Shown here piece after piece: positions 56,498 through 64,000 of a stretch of DNA of 64,000 nucleotides. Within the stretch, counting starts at the first letter, position 1. Each line of letters starts with the position of its first letter. The stretch covers positions 13,970 through 77,969 of the forward strand of contig VMFW01000002.1 of the NCBI GenBank assembly GCA_007376265.1. The letters are read 5' to 3'. The notes under the pieces were generated by a model. The model did no database searches. It saw only the letters and a program-made list of their open reading frames with translations, and was not told the DNA's origin. Source of the stretch: Parcubacteria group bacterium Gr01-1014_20. GTDB lineage: Bacteria; Patescibacteriota; Minisyncoccia; UBA6257; 2-01-FULL-56-20. The position numbers were made by a program, and so were the translations under genes.

Positions 56498-57421
56498 TTG
56501 TGTATGTCTGGGTATGCTAAAATTAAATCCGTGAAAACACCCAAAATAAAAGGTGTCTACCTGGCGTTCGGTCTAATGACTGCCATAGTGGTCCTCCTCG
56601 CCTACGGCGGATATCGCTATTGGGAATTTAACGAATCAAAAATATTCAGACTCGAGCAACTTCTTTCAATCAACCAAAATAAACTCTTAATATTTGAAAA
56701 GGAAAACACCGACCTAACCGAAGCCCTACATAACGAACAAGCCAAAAACCAGCTTTACGAAGCCCAGATCAAAAACATCTTCGAAGTCGTTGGCGAACTC
56801 TCCGGCACCGTGGGTGTTCTAAAAAAATTGAGCCAAACCGATCCAGAGCTCCTCAAAAAATATTCCAAAGTTTACTTTCTAAACGAACACTACACGCCCA
56901 CTCGTCTCGAAATCATAGACTCAAAGTACATCTACGACAAAAACATTCCACAACAAATCCATATAAACGCCGCGCCGTTCCTCGAAAGAATGTTGGCCTC
57001 GGCAAGCAACGCTAGCGTAACTCTCAAAATTGCTTCAGCCTATCGCTCGTTTGGTACTCAAGCAGTCGTAAAATCTGGATACAAAGTTACCTACGGCGCT
57101 GGCACAGCCAATCAATTCTCCGCCGAACAGGGCTATTCGGAACATCAACTTGGCACAGCCCTAGATTTTAACTCCCCAGAAACCAAAGAAGTATTCCTTG
57201 GATTTGAGAAAACCAAAAACTACAAATGGTTGACTGAAAATGCCTACCAGTATGGTTTTGTGCTCTCCTACCCACCCAACAACATCTATTACCAATTCGA
57301 GCCTTGGCACTGGCGATTTGTCGGCGTCGCTCTCGCGAGCAAACTCCACGATGAAAACAAATATTTTTACGATCTCCCCCAACGCGATATCGATAACTAC
57401 CTCGTAAACATCTTCGACTGA
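56498..57421 (+). CDS. VanY-type D-alanyl-D-alanine carboxypeptidase (peptidase M15B) with N-terminal TM and coiled coil
   Basis: SAYRSF...SEHQLGTALDF...YGFVLSYP...EPWHWRFVG zinc-peptidase M15 motifs. Confidence 0.8.
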   Translation: MCMSGYAKIKSVKTPKIKGVYLAFGLMTAIVVLLAYGGYRYWEFNESKIFRLEQLLSINQNKLLIFEKENTDLTEALHNEQAKNQLYEAQIKNIFEVVGELSGTVGVLKKLSQTDPELLKKYSKVYFLNEHYTPTRLEIIDSKYIYDKNIPQQIHINAAPFLERMLASASNASVTLKIASAYRSFGTQAVVKSGYKVTYGAGTANQFSAEQGYSEHQLGTALDFNSPETKEVFLGFEKTKNYKWLTENAYQYGFVLSYPPNNIYYQFEPWHWRFVGVALASKLHDENKYFYDLPQRDIDNYLVNIFD

Positions 57422-57499
57422 TCCCGATTGACATTCTGTTTTAATATTGTAGAATATAGAACTTAGTAATTTAACATAAAACAAAGAGGAGGTTAGAGA

Positions 57500-58528
57500 G
57501 TGGCAGATCTGCTTTCAAGATTTCAAGGCTGTCTTTTGGGTGGAGCTATTGGCGATGCGCTTGGCATGCCGGTTGAGACCATGACTCACGAAGAAATCAT
57601 GGTGCTAAACAATGGCCAAGGCGTTATCGACTTTATGGATCCAGTCCAGAGAAAGTTTAAGGACGCCGCCAAACTCCCGGCTGGCGCTACTACTGACGAC
57701 ACTCAACTTACTATAATCGTAGCTGAATCCCTCATCCACTCTGGCGGCACTCTCGATATAAACGACTGCGCCCAACGACACGTCGAAGAATGGCGCAAGA
57801 ATCACATGACCTGGGGCGGATCCACTCGGAGTGCCATCGCCGAAATTGCCGAAGGCAAACGCGATCCAAAAACCCCTCCAGCAGTTACCGAAAAAACCGG
57901 GCTCGGAAACGGCGTCGCCATGAAGATTGCGCCATTGGGACTCTTAGCCTCCAACCCGCATCGGCTGGATGATGGAAACCTCGCACTCTTTAGAGAGTGT
58001 TGCGAGCTTGGCTATATCACTCACGGAGATCCAAGAGCCAGTATCGCCGCTTTTGCCGTTGCTGACACCATCCGATTTATTTTGCAAAAAGGAATTAATC
58101 AAAGTCTGTATGGTGGAATCTGGGGCTGCCTAGAAAACACAATTGTACGCACCACACTAGCCGAAGATTTCGTAGGCCGCCCCAGATGGGACAAAAACGA
58201 AGTTTCCGAACGACTCCGATTAATCCTAAGCGGTATTGATGATCCGGATAAACTCCGCGAAAATGTAGGCTGTGGCTTTACATCTCTCGAAACTGCACCC
58301 TTTACACTCGGCACCTTCATGCGTCATCCAACTGACTTCAGGGCTGGCATACTCGAGGCTGTAAATGCCGGGGGTGATGCCGACACCAACGCCGCCATCG
58401 TTGGCAATTTAATCGGCGCCAATCTCGGCATCGAAGGCATCCCACCCACTTGGATCAAACAGTTCCCGGCTCGTGACGAGATCCTAGGAGTCGCCAACCG
58501 ACTCTTTGAAATCTCAACTAGTAATTAA
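57500..58528 (+). CDS. ADP-ribosylglycohydrolase (DraG/ARH family)
   Basis: LLGGAIGDALGMPVE...TDDT and C-terminal GGDADTNAAIVGNLIGA; GTG start after AGAGGAGG. Confidence 0.85.
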   Translation: MADLLSRFQGCLLGGAIGDALGMPVETMTHEEIMVLNNGQGVIDFMDPVQRKFKDAAKLPAGATTDDTQLTIIVAESLIHSGGTLDINDCAQRHVEEWRKNHMTWGGSTRSAIAEIAEGKRDPKTPPAVTEKTGLGNGVAMKIAPLGLLASNPHRLDDGNLALFRECCELGYITHGDPRASIAAFAVADTIRFILQKGINQSLYGGIWGCLENTIVRTTLAEDFVGRPRWDKNEVSERLRLILSGIDDPDKLRENVGCGFTSLETAPFTLGTFMRHPTDFRAGILEAVNAGGDADTNAAIVGNLIGANLGIEGIPPTWIKQFPARDEILGVANRLFEISTSN

Positions 58529-58536
58529 CAGCTTCA

Positions 58537-58570
58537 AAGCCGCCCGAATTATCTAAAGGCGGCTTTTTTT
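58537..58570 (+). terminator. rho-independent terminator AAAGCCGCC..GGCGGCTTT + T7
   Basis: Perfect 9-bp stem. Confidence 0.75.
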
Positions 58571-58577
58571 CACCAAC

Positions 58578-58605
58578 TTGACAAAATGCATGGATTTGTT
58601 ATAAT
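58578..58605 (+). promoter_or_regulatory. sigma70-like promoter: TTGACA - 16 nt - TATAAT
   Basis: Consensus -35 (58578..58583) and -10 (58600..58605) about 50 nt upstream of the 58658 start, whose RBS is TAAGGAG. Confidence 0.55.
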
Positions 58606-58657
58606 GACAGCCTAAACTAAGTAATCGAAATTTCACATCTAAATTAAGGAGCTTGTT

Positions 58658-59131
58658 ATGGAAGACCTCAAGTTTGTTCTTCCTCAAGGGTCAGTCATTA
58701 CCGACCAGAGTAACTTCCCCATTCAGCCCGAAGACATTGATGCATCGAGTCACCTATGGGACGCCTTTGAAAACATGGAAACCGAAGTCTCCGCCGGCTG
58801 GGTCATTAAGTTCCTGCAAGAACGTGGGAAAGGCTGGGCAGAGTTCTCTGCCGAAGAAATTGAAGCTTTCTACGCGCGCAAACACAAAGACGGCTTCCGA
58901 TTCAATCGTCTGGTCAAACCCCAAGCCGTCCCCAAGAGTCTTGCCCAATACTTTGCAGAAGGCCTGCACTACCAAGGGGGGTTCATACCAAAAGGCGGCG
59001 GCTGGATCGTCCTCGCTCCTAGTGGTAAATACCAAGTGACTAGCGACTTCATCGAGCGCTGTCACCGCTCATCTCCCAAACCGAACCCGGAGGCAAACCC
59101 GACAACCACTCCTGCCTCCATCAGCAACTAA
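58658..59131 (+). CDS. hypothetical protein, 157 aa
   Basis: Strong promoter, RBS and terminator context; no domain recognised. Confidence 0.55.
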   Translation: MEDLKFVLPQGSVITDQSNFPIQPEDIDASSHLWDAFENMETEVSAGWVIKFLQERGKGWAEFSAEEIEAFYARKHKDGFRFNRLVKPQAVPKSLAQYFAEGLHYQGGFIPKGGGWIVLAPSGKYQVTSDFIERCHRSSPKPNPEANPTTTPASISN

Positions 59132-59137
59132 CCGCCG

Positions 59138-59170
59138 AAGAACCGCCTGTGTTCCCGGCGGTTCTTTTTT
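59138..59170 (+). terminator. rho-independent terminator GAACCGCC..GGCGGTTC + T6
   Basis: 8-bp stem with T-run. Confidence 0.7.
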
Positions 59171-59217
59171 AATAAAAAAATCCCCACCCGTCGAGCGAGT
59201 AGGGACTCTAAATCTAT

Positions 59218-59733
59218 TTAGGCAACCAAAGAGGTGTAAACCCTCTGAAGAGATAAGCGAAGTTTATTAACATCAAAAACAATCCAACCACCGCTCTGGA
59301 GAATAAAATGCTCAACCTGCAGGTTAACCACACTGCCTTCGTTATCCGAGCTTAAGCGAAAATCACCCCGGTAGCCAATGATCTTCTTGCCAAGCGCAAA
59401 ACCGAAGCCCACCTCCGAGGCCGTGCCACTGTCCACGTCCACGCCATCGAGTACCGCCATGATCACATCCGACTCCCTGATGGCCTCAGCGTTTCTCTCG
59501 CCCATCACTCGATTCAACTCAAACCATCTCTCGCGCCGTTCTTCCGCCCGAGGCATTTTTGAAACCGCCTCAATCTCCTCTTCTGAAGTTAGCGCCCAAG
59601 GATCACGGACGTCGTACCCAATTTCACCAACCATCGGTAAAACCACCTGCTCGTGAAACAGGCGCCCCACTTCCGAAAATCCCAGTGGCCCCGCCAGGTA
59701 AATAATCGGCTTCTTCATTCCCTCCCCTTTCAA
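59218..59733 (-). CDS. nucleoside 2-deoxyribosyltransferase-family protein
   Basis: PIIYLAGPLGF N-terminal motif and DSGTASEVGFGFALGKKIIG (catalytic Glu region). Confidence 0.7.
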   Translation of the reverse strand: MKGEGMKKPIIYLAGPLGFSEVGRLFHEQVVLPMVGEIGYDVRDPWALTSEEEIEAVSKMPRAEERRERWFELNRVMGERNAEAIRESDVIMAVLDGVDVDSGTASEVGFGFALGKKIIGYRGDFRLSSDNEGSVVNLQVEHFILQSGGWIVFDVNKLRLSLQRVYTSLVA

Positions 59734-59821
59734 AGTTAAAGTTCTAAAATATCTTATACTCCACCCTCAAATTAAAATCAACAAAAAACCGCCCCCAAAA
59801 CTAGCGGGCGGTTTAAACTAT

Positions 59822-61138
59822 TCAACCAAGATCACGATCGATACTGGCTTGGCAAAACGTGTAACCGTTCCCAAGGAACTTTACGACCTTTGCCGCATCT
59901 CGCTTGGCGTTTGCCAAACAGACCGAGGCCCCCGGCGATGGTGTGGTGTTGAAAATGCAACGATCACCAGTGATCGTTACGTCCCCCATCACCAAGCTCT
60001 TGGTTCGCAAGTCCACGATCTGCGGCCGAATTCCACCCGCTCCCCGTCGAAGTTTCAAATCACGGTAGCGAATAGTGGGCACAATCGGTCGCACCGCTCG
60101 AAGGAAAAGCCACGGGCCAATGATCGGCAAGTCGTACAGGGTGTTTTTGATCACGTAACCGATCATCCCCTTGCTTGCAAGAATCCGAGTCATACTGAGG
60201 AACCCGCGAAGCGAGACAAGCGGCAACTTGATGAAATCAAAAAAAGTCTTGTAGCGATGTCGCTCCATGAGTGGTAGGGGCTTCGTGGTCGGGCCAAATC
60301 GCGTATCCGCAAGATTCAAAATGTCTGGATCGCCGTGGATTGCCGCGAAGGGCATCCCCGGAATCTGCACCCGATAGACTTTGCCCTTCAGGAGATTGCC
60401 GCCGGAGTAAAAACTTCCGGCCACCGGCAAAATCGCGTACTCGGTTCCGTAGCCCATCTGTTGGGCGAAGTACAAACTATAAGAACCAGCCGCGAAAACC
60501 ACCACCCGCGAATCAAGCCGGCCTTGGCTGGTCTCCAAAACAAAGTCTTCTTCTTCGCGCCGAATGGAGTCCACCGTCACGTTGAAAACCAGTTCGAGTT
60601 CAGGATTAATCACCCGAGCATCCGAAAGCATCGATTCCGCCAGTCGCTGATAGTTAATCATATAGCCTTCGTTACTCACGAGGCCACAAACTGGCTCCTT
60701 CGGACCTCTGCCTTTCATAAGCATTGGCTCAATCCGGGAAAGCTCTTCCGGTCCAATGAGGGATAGATCGGGATAGTGAGTCCAAAACTCCATGTAACGA
60801 TTCTTGAGCGTCTCGACCTCTTCGGCGCCGACTCCTAACACCATTCGGTGGGTCTTGAAGGACAAAAGCGGATCGTTCTTAGAGAGAACGTACCGTCGAA
60901 GCATCGTCGCCGCGGCCTTAACCTCGAGCGCGTGGTGTAACGTGTAGTTAGTTTCCGTTCCTCCATCGTGTGAGGTTTGAGCATTGTTCATGGGATTGGA
61001 GTTCACCTCCGCTACCCACGAATTCTTCTCAAGTATCAAGATCCGCTTCACGTTGCTGTAGGATGAGAGTACGTACGCAAGCGCCGTACCCGTCACCCCA
61101 GCTCCAACGATGATTAGATCGTACTTCTTTCCACCCAT
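59822..61138 (-). CDS. FAD-dependent oxidoreductase, malate:quinone-oxidoreductase-like (Mqo family) or related hydroxy-acid oxidase
   Basis: YDLIIVGAGVTGTALAY dinucleotide fold; GGIRPQIVDL...VMGD...NTTPSPGASVCLANA C-terminal pattern. Confidence 0.55.
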   Translation of the reverse strand: MGGKKYDLIIVGAGVTGTALAYVLSSYSNVKRILILEKNSWVAEVNSNPMNNAQTSHDGGTETNYTLHHALEVKAAATMLRRYVLSKNDPLLSFKTHRMVLGVGAEEVETLKNRYMEFWTHYPDLSLIGPEELSRIEPMLMKGRGPKEPVCGLVSNEGYMINYQRLAESMLSDARVINPELELVFNVTVDSIRREEEDFVLETSQGRLDSRVVVFAAGSYSLYFAQQMGYGTEYAILPVAGSFYSGGNLLKGKVYRVQIPGMPFAAIHGDPDILNLADTRFGPTTKPLPLMERHRYKTFFDFIKLPLVSLRGFLSMTRILASKGMIGYVIKNTLYDLPIIGPWLFLRAVRPIVPTIRYRDLKLRRGAGGIRPQIVDLRTKSLVMGDVTITGDRCIFNTTPSPGASVCLANAKRDAAKVVKFLGNGYTFCQASIDRDLG

Positions 61139-61234
61139 ATCGGCCCTCCTCCTTTATATATTTCGATCGTTTTATACCTGTAAATTAACCGACTAAAGTT
61201 TAACAAAAAACGAGTAAAAAGTCAATAGAGAAAA

Positions 61235-61263
61235 TTGACAAAATCAACTGTATTGAATATCAT
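61235..61263 (+). promoter_or_regulatory. candidate sigma70 promoter TTGACA - 17 nt - TATCAT
   Basis: Located about 40 nt upstream of the GTG start at 61301 (RBS GGAGG). Confidence 0.4.
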
Positions 61264-61300
61264 ATGGCCAGTCATTTGAACTTAAAACCCGGAGGAAAAC

Positions 61301-61672
61301 GTGATCATTGCCGACGAAAAACACCTGCTCTTCATTGAGCCAAAAAATCCAGCATCACCCGAACCAGTCATCGACGAGTTCACCCGCATGATGACAGCGG
61401 CATTCCTTCTGTCAAAACGCGAGCACAGTTACCGCGGTTGGCACACCTGCCTATGCGGTGCCGATAGTTCTAACTGCGACCACGTCCTTCCAAGCGGAGT
61501 GATAACCAATTCACTCTGCATTCATTATCTCGCCTACCATCGAGACGAAGTACCCCAAGCAGAACTCGAAAAAGTCAGTCGGCTGAACCTAGGTGAAGAA
61601 GTCCCCGATGCTTCGCTCTTAAGAAAGCCTGGCAAAAAATTTATTCCAGAAAAACCAGTGTATCGGAGCTAG
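61301..61672 (+). CDS. hypothetical Cys/His-rich protein, 123 aa
   Basis: H-x-C-x-C...C-x-H...C-x-H spacing suggests metal binding; GTG start with RBS. Confidence 0.5.
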   Translation: MIIADEKHLLFIEPKNPASPEPVIDEFTRMMTAAFLLSKREHSYRGWHTCLCGADSSNCDHVLPSGVITNSLCIHYLAYHRDEVPQAELEKVSRLNLGEEVPDASLLRKPGKKFIPEKPVYRS

Positions 61673-61720
61673 AAAGTTGTCCCGCGTCGAAATAACCTCA
61701 ACCCAAAAGGAGATCAGTCT

Positions 61721-61915
61721 GTGGCAAAAACGAAGAAAACCCCTAACCCCCAGAAAGTCCATGCTAAAGCTCTCTATGGAACCATGAAGACCTACATGAA
61801 AGCTGGCTTCACTCGCAAGGAAGCCTTCCTTCTGGTCACACACGGAGTTACTGGGAAAAAAGGTTCCAACAAAGCCGCGGCAAAAAATCCAAGGAAGACT
61901 GGCGAGCGCCGGTAA
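61721..61915 (+). CDS. hypothetical small basic protein, 64 aa
   Basis: RBS AAAAGGAG, GTG start, strong terminator 61921..61955 (AACCCGAGC..GCTCGGGTT + T8). Confidence 0.45.
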   Translation: MAKTKKTPNPQKVHAKALYGTMKTYMKAGFTRKEAFLLVTHGVTGKKGSNKAAAKNPRKTGERR

Positions 61916-61920
61916 ATAAA

Positions 61921-61955
61921 TTCAACCCGAGCACTTTTTTGCTCGGGTTTTTTTA
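61921..61955 (+). terminator. rho-independent terminator AACCCGAGC..GCTCGGGTT + T8
   Basis: 9-bp stem with T-run. Confidence 0.75.
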
Positions 61956-61996
61956 AAGATCAAAGCTTTCAATTAGGACGTAAATATTGTAAACTC

Positions 61997-63568
61997 ATGA
62001 ATCAAAAACTCATGAAGGCTCACCTAAAAAAAATCCTAAGGCCCGAGAATAAACTGGTTCCGCTAGTTATAATCGGCCTTATTGTGATCGTAATCTTCGT
62101 TTCTATTTTTAAAAAAGGCAACGGTGGGAGCGATGTGGTTGAAGTTAAAAGAGGTTCTGTGGTCCAGCAGATAATCGTCACTGGAAAAACCAAGCCAGCT
62201 GAAGTCATTAATTTAGCCTTCGAGAAATCTGGAAAAGTAAGCTACGTGAACTTGAAAGTTAGCGACAAGGTAAAAGCAGGCGAAGTCGTCGTCAAGCTGG
62301 AAACAAGCGAACTTGAAGCCAACCTCCTTGAAACCGAAGCTAATCTCGAGACCCAGGAGGTAAAGTTAGACGAGATAAAAAAGGGGTCTCGTCCAGAAGA
62401 AATTGAGATTCAGGAGGCAAAACTTGCGAACACCAAATCTAACCTGGAAGACTCAAGAAAAAACCTCGTCGACAAAATAACTGATGCCTACGTGAAAGCC
62501 GATGATGCCACGAGAAATAAAACTGACCAATTATTTTCAGGCGGAGATAGTGCCAGCCCCCAACTAACATTTCCCGTGGCAAATACTGAAGTCGAATCCA
62601 AAATCGAATGGGGTCGATTTATGGTCGGAAGATCCTTAAACGCCTGGTCGGTCGGAATCACCAGTTTAAATTCAGAAAGTGATCTTGCCGCAAACACCAA
62701 AACCGCTAAAGATAATCTAAGCTTAGTGAAAACCCTTCTCGAAGATGCTGGGGTTGCCCTAAGCTCAGTTTCTCCAAGCCAAAACCTCTCCCAATCCACT
62801 CTCGACAGTTATAAGACTGACATCTCAACTGCGAGGGTAAACGTAAGCACCGCCATCAACAACCTTACTACCGCCGAAGAAAAATTAAAAACTGCTGAGT
62901 CAAATGTTTCGATTGCCGAAAAAGAACTGGCTCTCAAAAGATCCGGTTCCACCCTCGAGCAAATAAAATACCAAGAAGCCCAAATTAAACAGGCGGAAGC
63001 CAAAGTTCTCGCCGTCCGGGCTCAAATCGGGAAAAACATTCTTCGCTCACCTATCAATGGTCTTATCACCAAGCAAGATGCCAAACCTGGCGAAATCGTG
63101 GCCCCAAACATCACTCTCGTTTCCATCATGAGCGAGAACGATCTTGAGATTGAGGTTAATATTTCAGAAATTAACATTGAAAATATAAGCCTGGGTAACC
63201 CCGTAAAAATTACTTTCGATGCCCTTATGGAAGAAACATTCTCTGGCCAAGTTTCAGAAATCGATCCGGCCGAAACCATCATCAATGGGGTGGTAAACTT
63301 TAAAACTAAGATAACTCTACTAAACCCAAACCCCAAACTCAAAAGTGGTCTCACGGCCAATCTTGAGATAGAAACTTTTAGAAAAGATAACGTTCTCGTT
63401 CTTCCAAAATTCGCTCTTATTGAAGAGGGTGGGTCAATATTCGTCAACAAGCTAATTAACGGAAAAACTGAAAAAACTCCAGTTATAGTCGGTCTCAAAA
63501 GCCGGGATGGTTCTGTGGAAATTTTATCGGGAGTAGACGAAGGTAATTCCGTGATAGTAGCAAACTGA
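61997..63568 (+). CDS. HlyD/MacA-type periplasmic adaptor (membrane fusion protein) with long coiled-coil hairpin
   Basis: N-terminal TM; biotin-lipoyl-like halves VVQQIIVTGKTKP and ILRSPINGLI; beta-barrel domain; followed 10 nt later by an FtsX-like permease gene. Confidence 0.8.
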   Translation: MNQKLMKAHLKKILRPENKLVPLVIIGLIVIVIFVSIFKKGNGGSDVVEVKRGSVVQQIIVTGKTKPAEVINLAFEKSGKVSYVNLKVSDKVKAGEVVVKLETSELEANLLETEANLETQEVKLDEIKKGSRPEEIEIQEAKLANTKSNLEDSRKNLVDKITDAYVKADDATRNKTDQLFSGGDSASPQLTFPVANTEVESKIEWGRFMVGRSLNAWSVGITSLNSESDLAANTKTAKDNLSLVKTLLEDAGVALSSVSPSQNLSQSTLDSYKTDISTARVNVSTAINNLTTAEEKLKTAESNVSIAEKELALKRSGSTLEQIKYQEAQIKQAEAKVLAVRAQIGKNILRSPINGLITKQDAKPGEIVAPNITLVSIMSENDLEIEVNISEINIENISLGNPVKITFDALMEETFSGQVSEIDPAETIINGVVNFKTKITLLNPNPKLKSGLTANLEIETFRKDNVLVLPKFALIEEGGSIFVNKLINGKTEKTPVIVGLKSRDGSVEILSGVDEGNSVIVAN

Positions 63569-63577
63569 AACTAGCAA

Positions 63578-64000
63578 GTGGCTAAAACTCAAAAAAGTAA
63601 CTCGAGTGGGATAGAAAACCTGGTCAGGGTCGGCTTTTTCCTGGCCGTTCGTCAAGTAAAGAGAAGTAACATCTGGACCAACGTTTTGATCGTCTCAATT
63701 ATGACGCTCACTTTTCTGAACTTGGTCATTGTGAGCGGAATTTTAGTTGGCCTGATCGAAGGGGCGGTCACGGCTGTAAAAAGCCATTACCTGGGAGATA
63801 TCTTTATTTCTAATCTCAAAAACAAATCCTACATCGAACAGAGCTCCCAAATTATCAAAGCCGCCCAAAACCTACCTAGCGTCGAAGCAGTCGCCGCTCG
63901 CTACATTGAAACCGGCAAGGTTGAATCAGACTACAAAGAGAACAAAAAGAGGGTCACCGACCTCGACGAAAGTGTTGGAACTTCCATCGTTGGAATCGAT
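63578..64000 (+). CDS. ABC-transporter FtsX/MacB-like permease, N-terminal part (continues beyond the window)
   Basis: GTG start 10 nt after the MFP stop; first TM helix IWTNVLIVSIMTLTFLNLVIVSGILVGLIEG typical of FtsX-family permeases. Confidence 0.5.
   Translation, partial: MAKTQKSNSSGIENLVRVGFFLAVRQVKRSNIWTNVLIVSIMTLTFLNLVIVSGILVGLIEGAVTAVKSHYLGDIFISNLKNKSYIEQSSQIIKAAQNLPSVEAVAARYIETGKVESDYKENKKRVTDLDESVGTSIVGID

Overview
The window is gene-dense, with most genes on the minus strand and a background GC of roughly 45-48%. The housekeeping set, the short genes with frequent GTG starts and the weak Shine-Dalgarno signals fit a small-genome CPR/Patescibacteria-like bacterium, but that taxonomic call is inference. 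Recognisable core genes are leuS (partial), tatD, metG, an M16 peptidase, rplY, fba, a pfkB-family kinase, capA, a pentose-phosphate operon (rpiB-rpe-split transketolase), gap, a DUF192 protein, a TrmH-like methyltransferase, guaA and class II nrdJ. Five very large secreted proteins (16.9-35.5 kb) are interleaved with the pentose-phosphate operon and carry SH3b-like, PKD, dockerin, cohesin-like and S8 protease modules. Several of them share amphipathic helical motifs at their termini. A higher-GC block (48.6-56.4 kb) holds a J-domain Ser/Thr kinase, a vWA protein and a divergent pyruvate-kinase-like barrel, placed just upstream of a tRNA-Asn(GUU) split by a ~197-nt group I intron. Three direct copies and one inverted copy of the tRNA 3' end follow, bracketing a high-GC nitronate-monooxygenase-like gene, which looks like a decayed tRNA-targeted island. 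I also found a three-member family of structured elements with compensatory stem changes immediately 3' of minus-strand genes, a duplicated stop-plus-hairpin terminator module, a heptanucleotide tandem repeat inside the pfkB gene and a frameshifted coiled-coil/lytic transglycosylase gene. No rRNA genes, CRISPR arrays or autonomous transposons were seen. All calls come from reading the sequence and the ORF translations; no database search was run.
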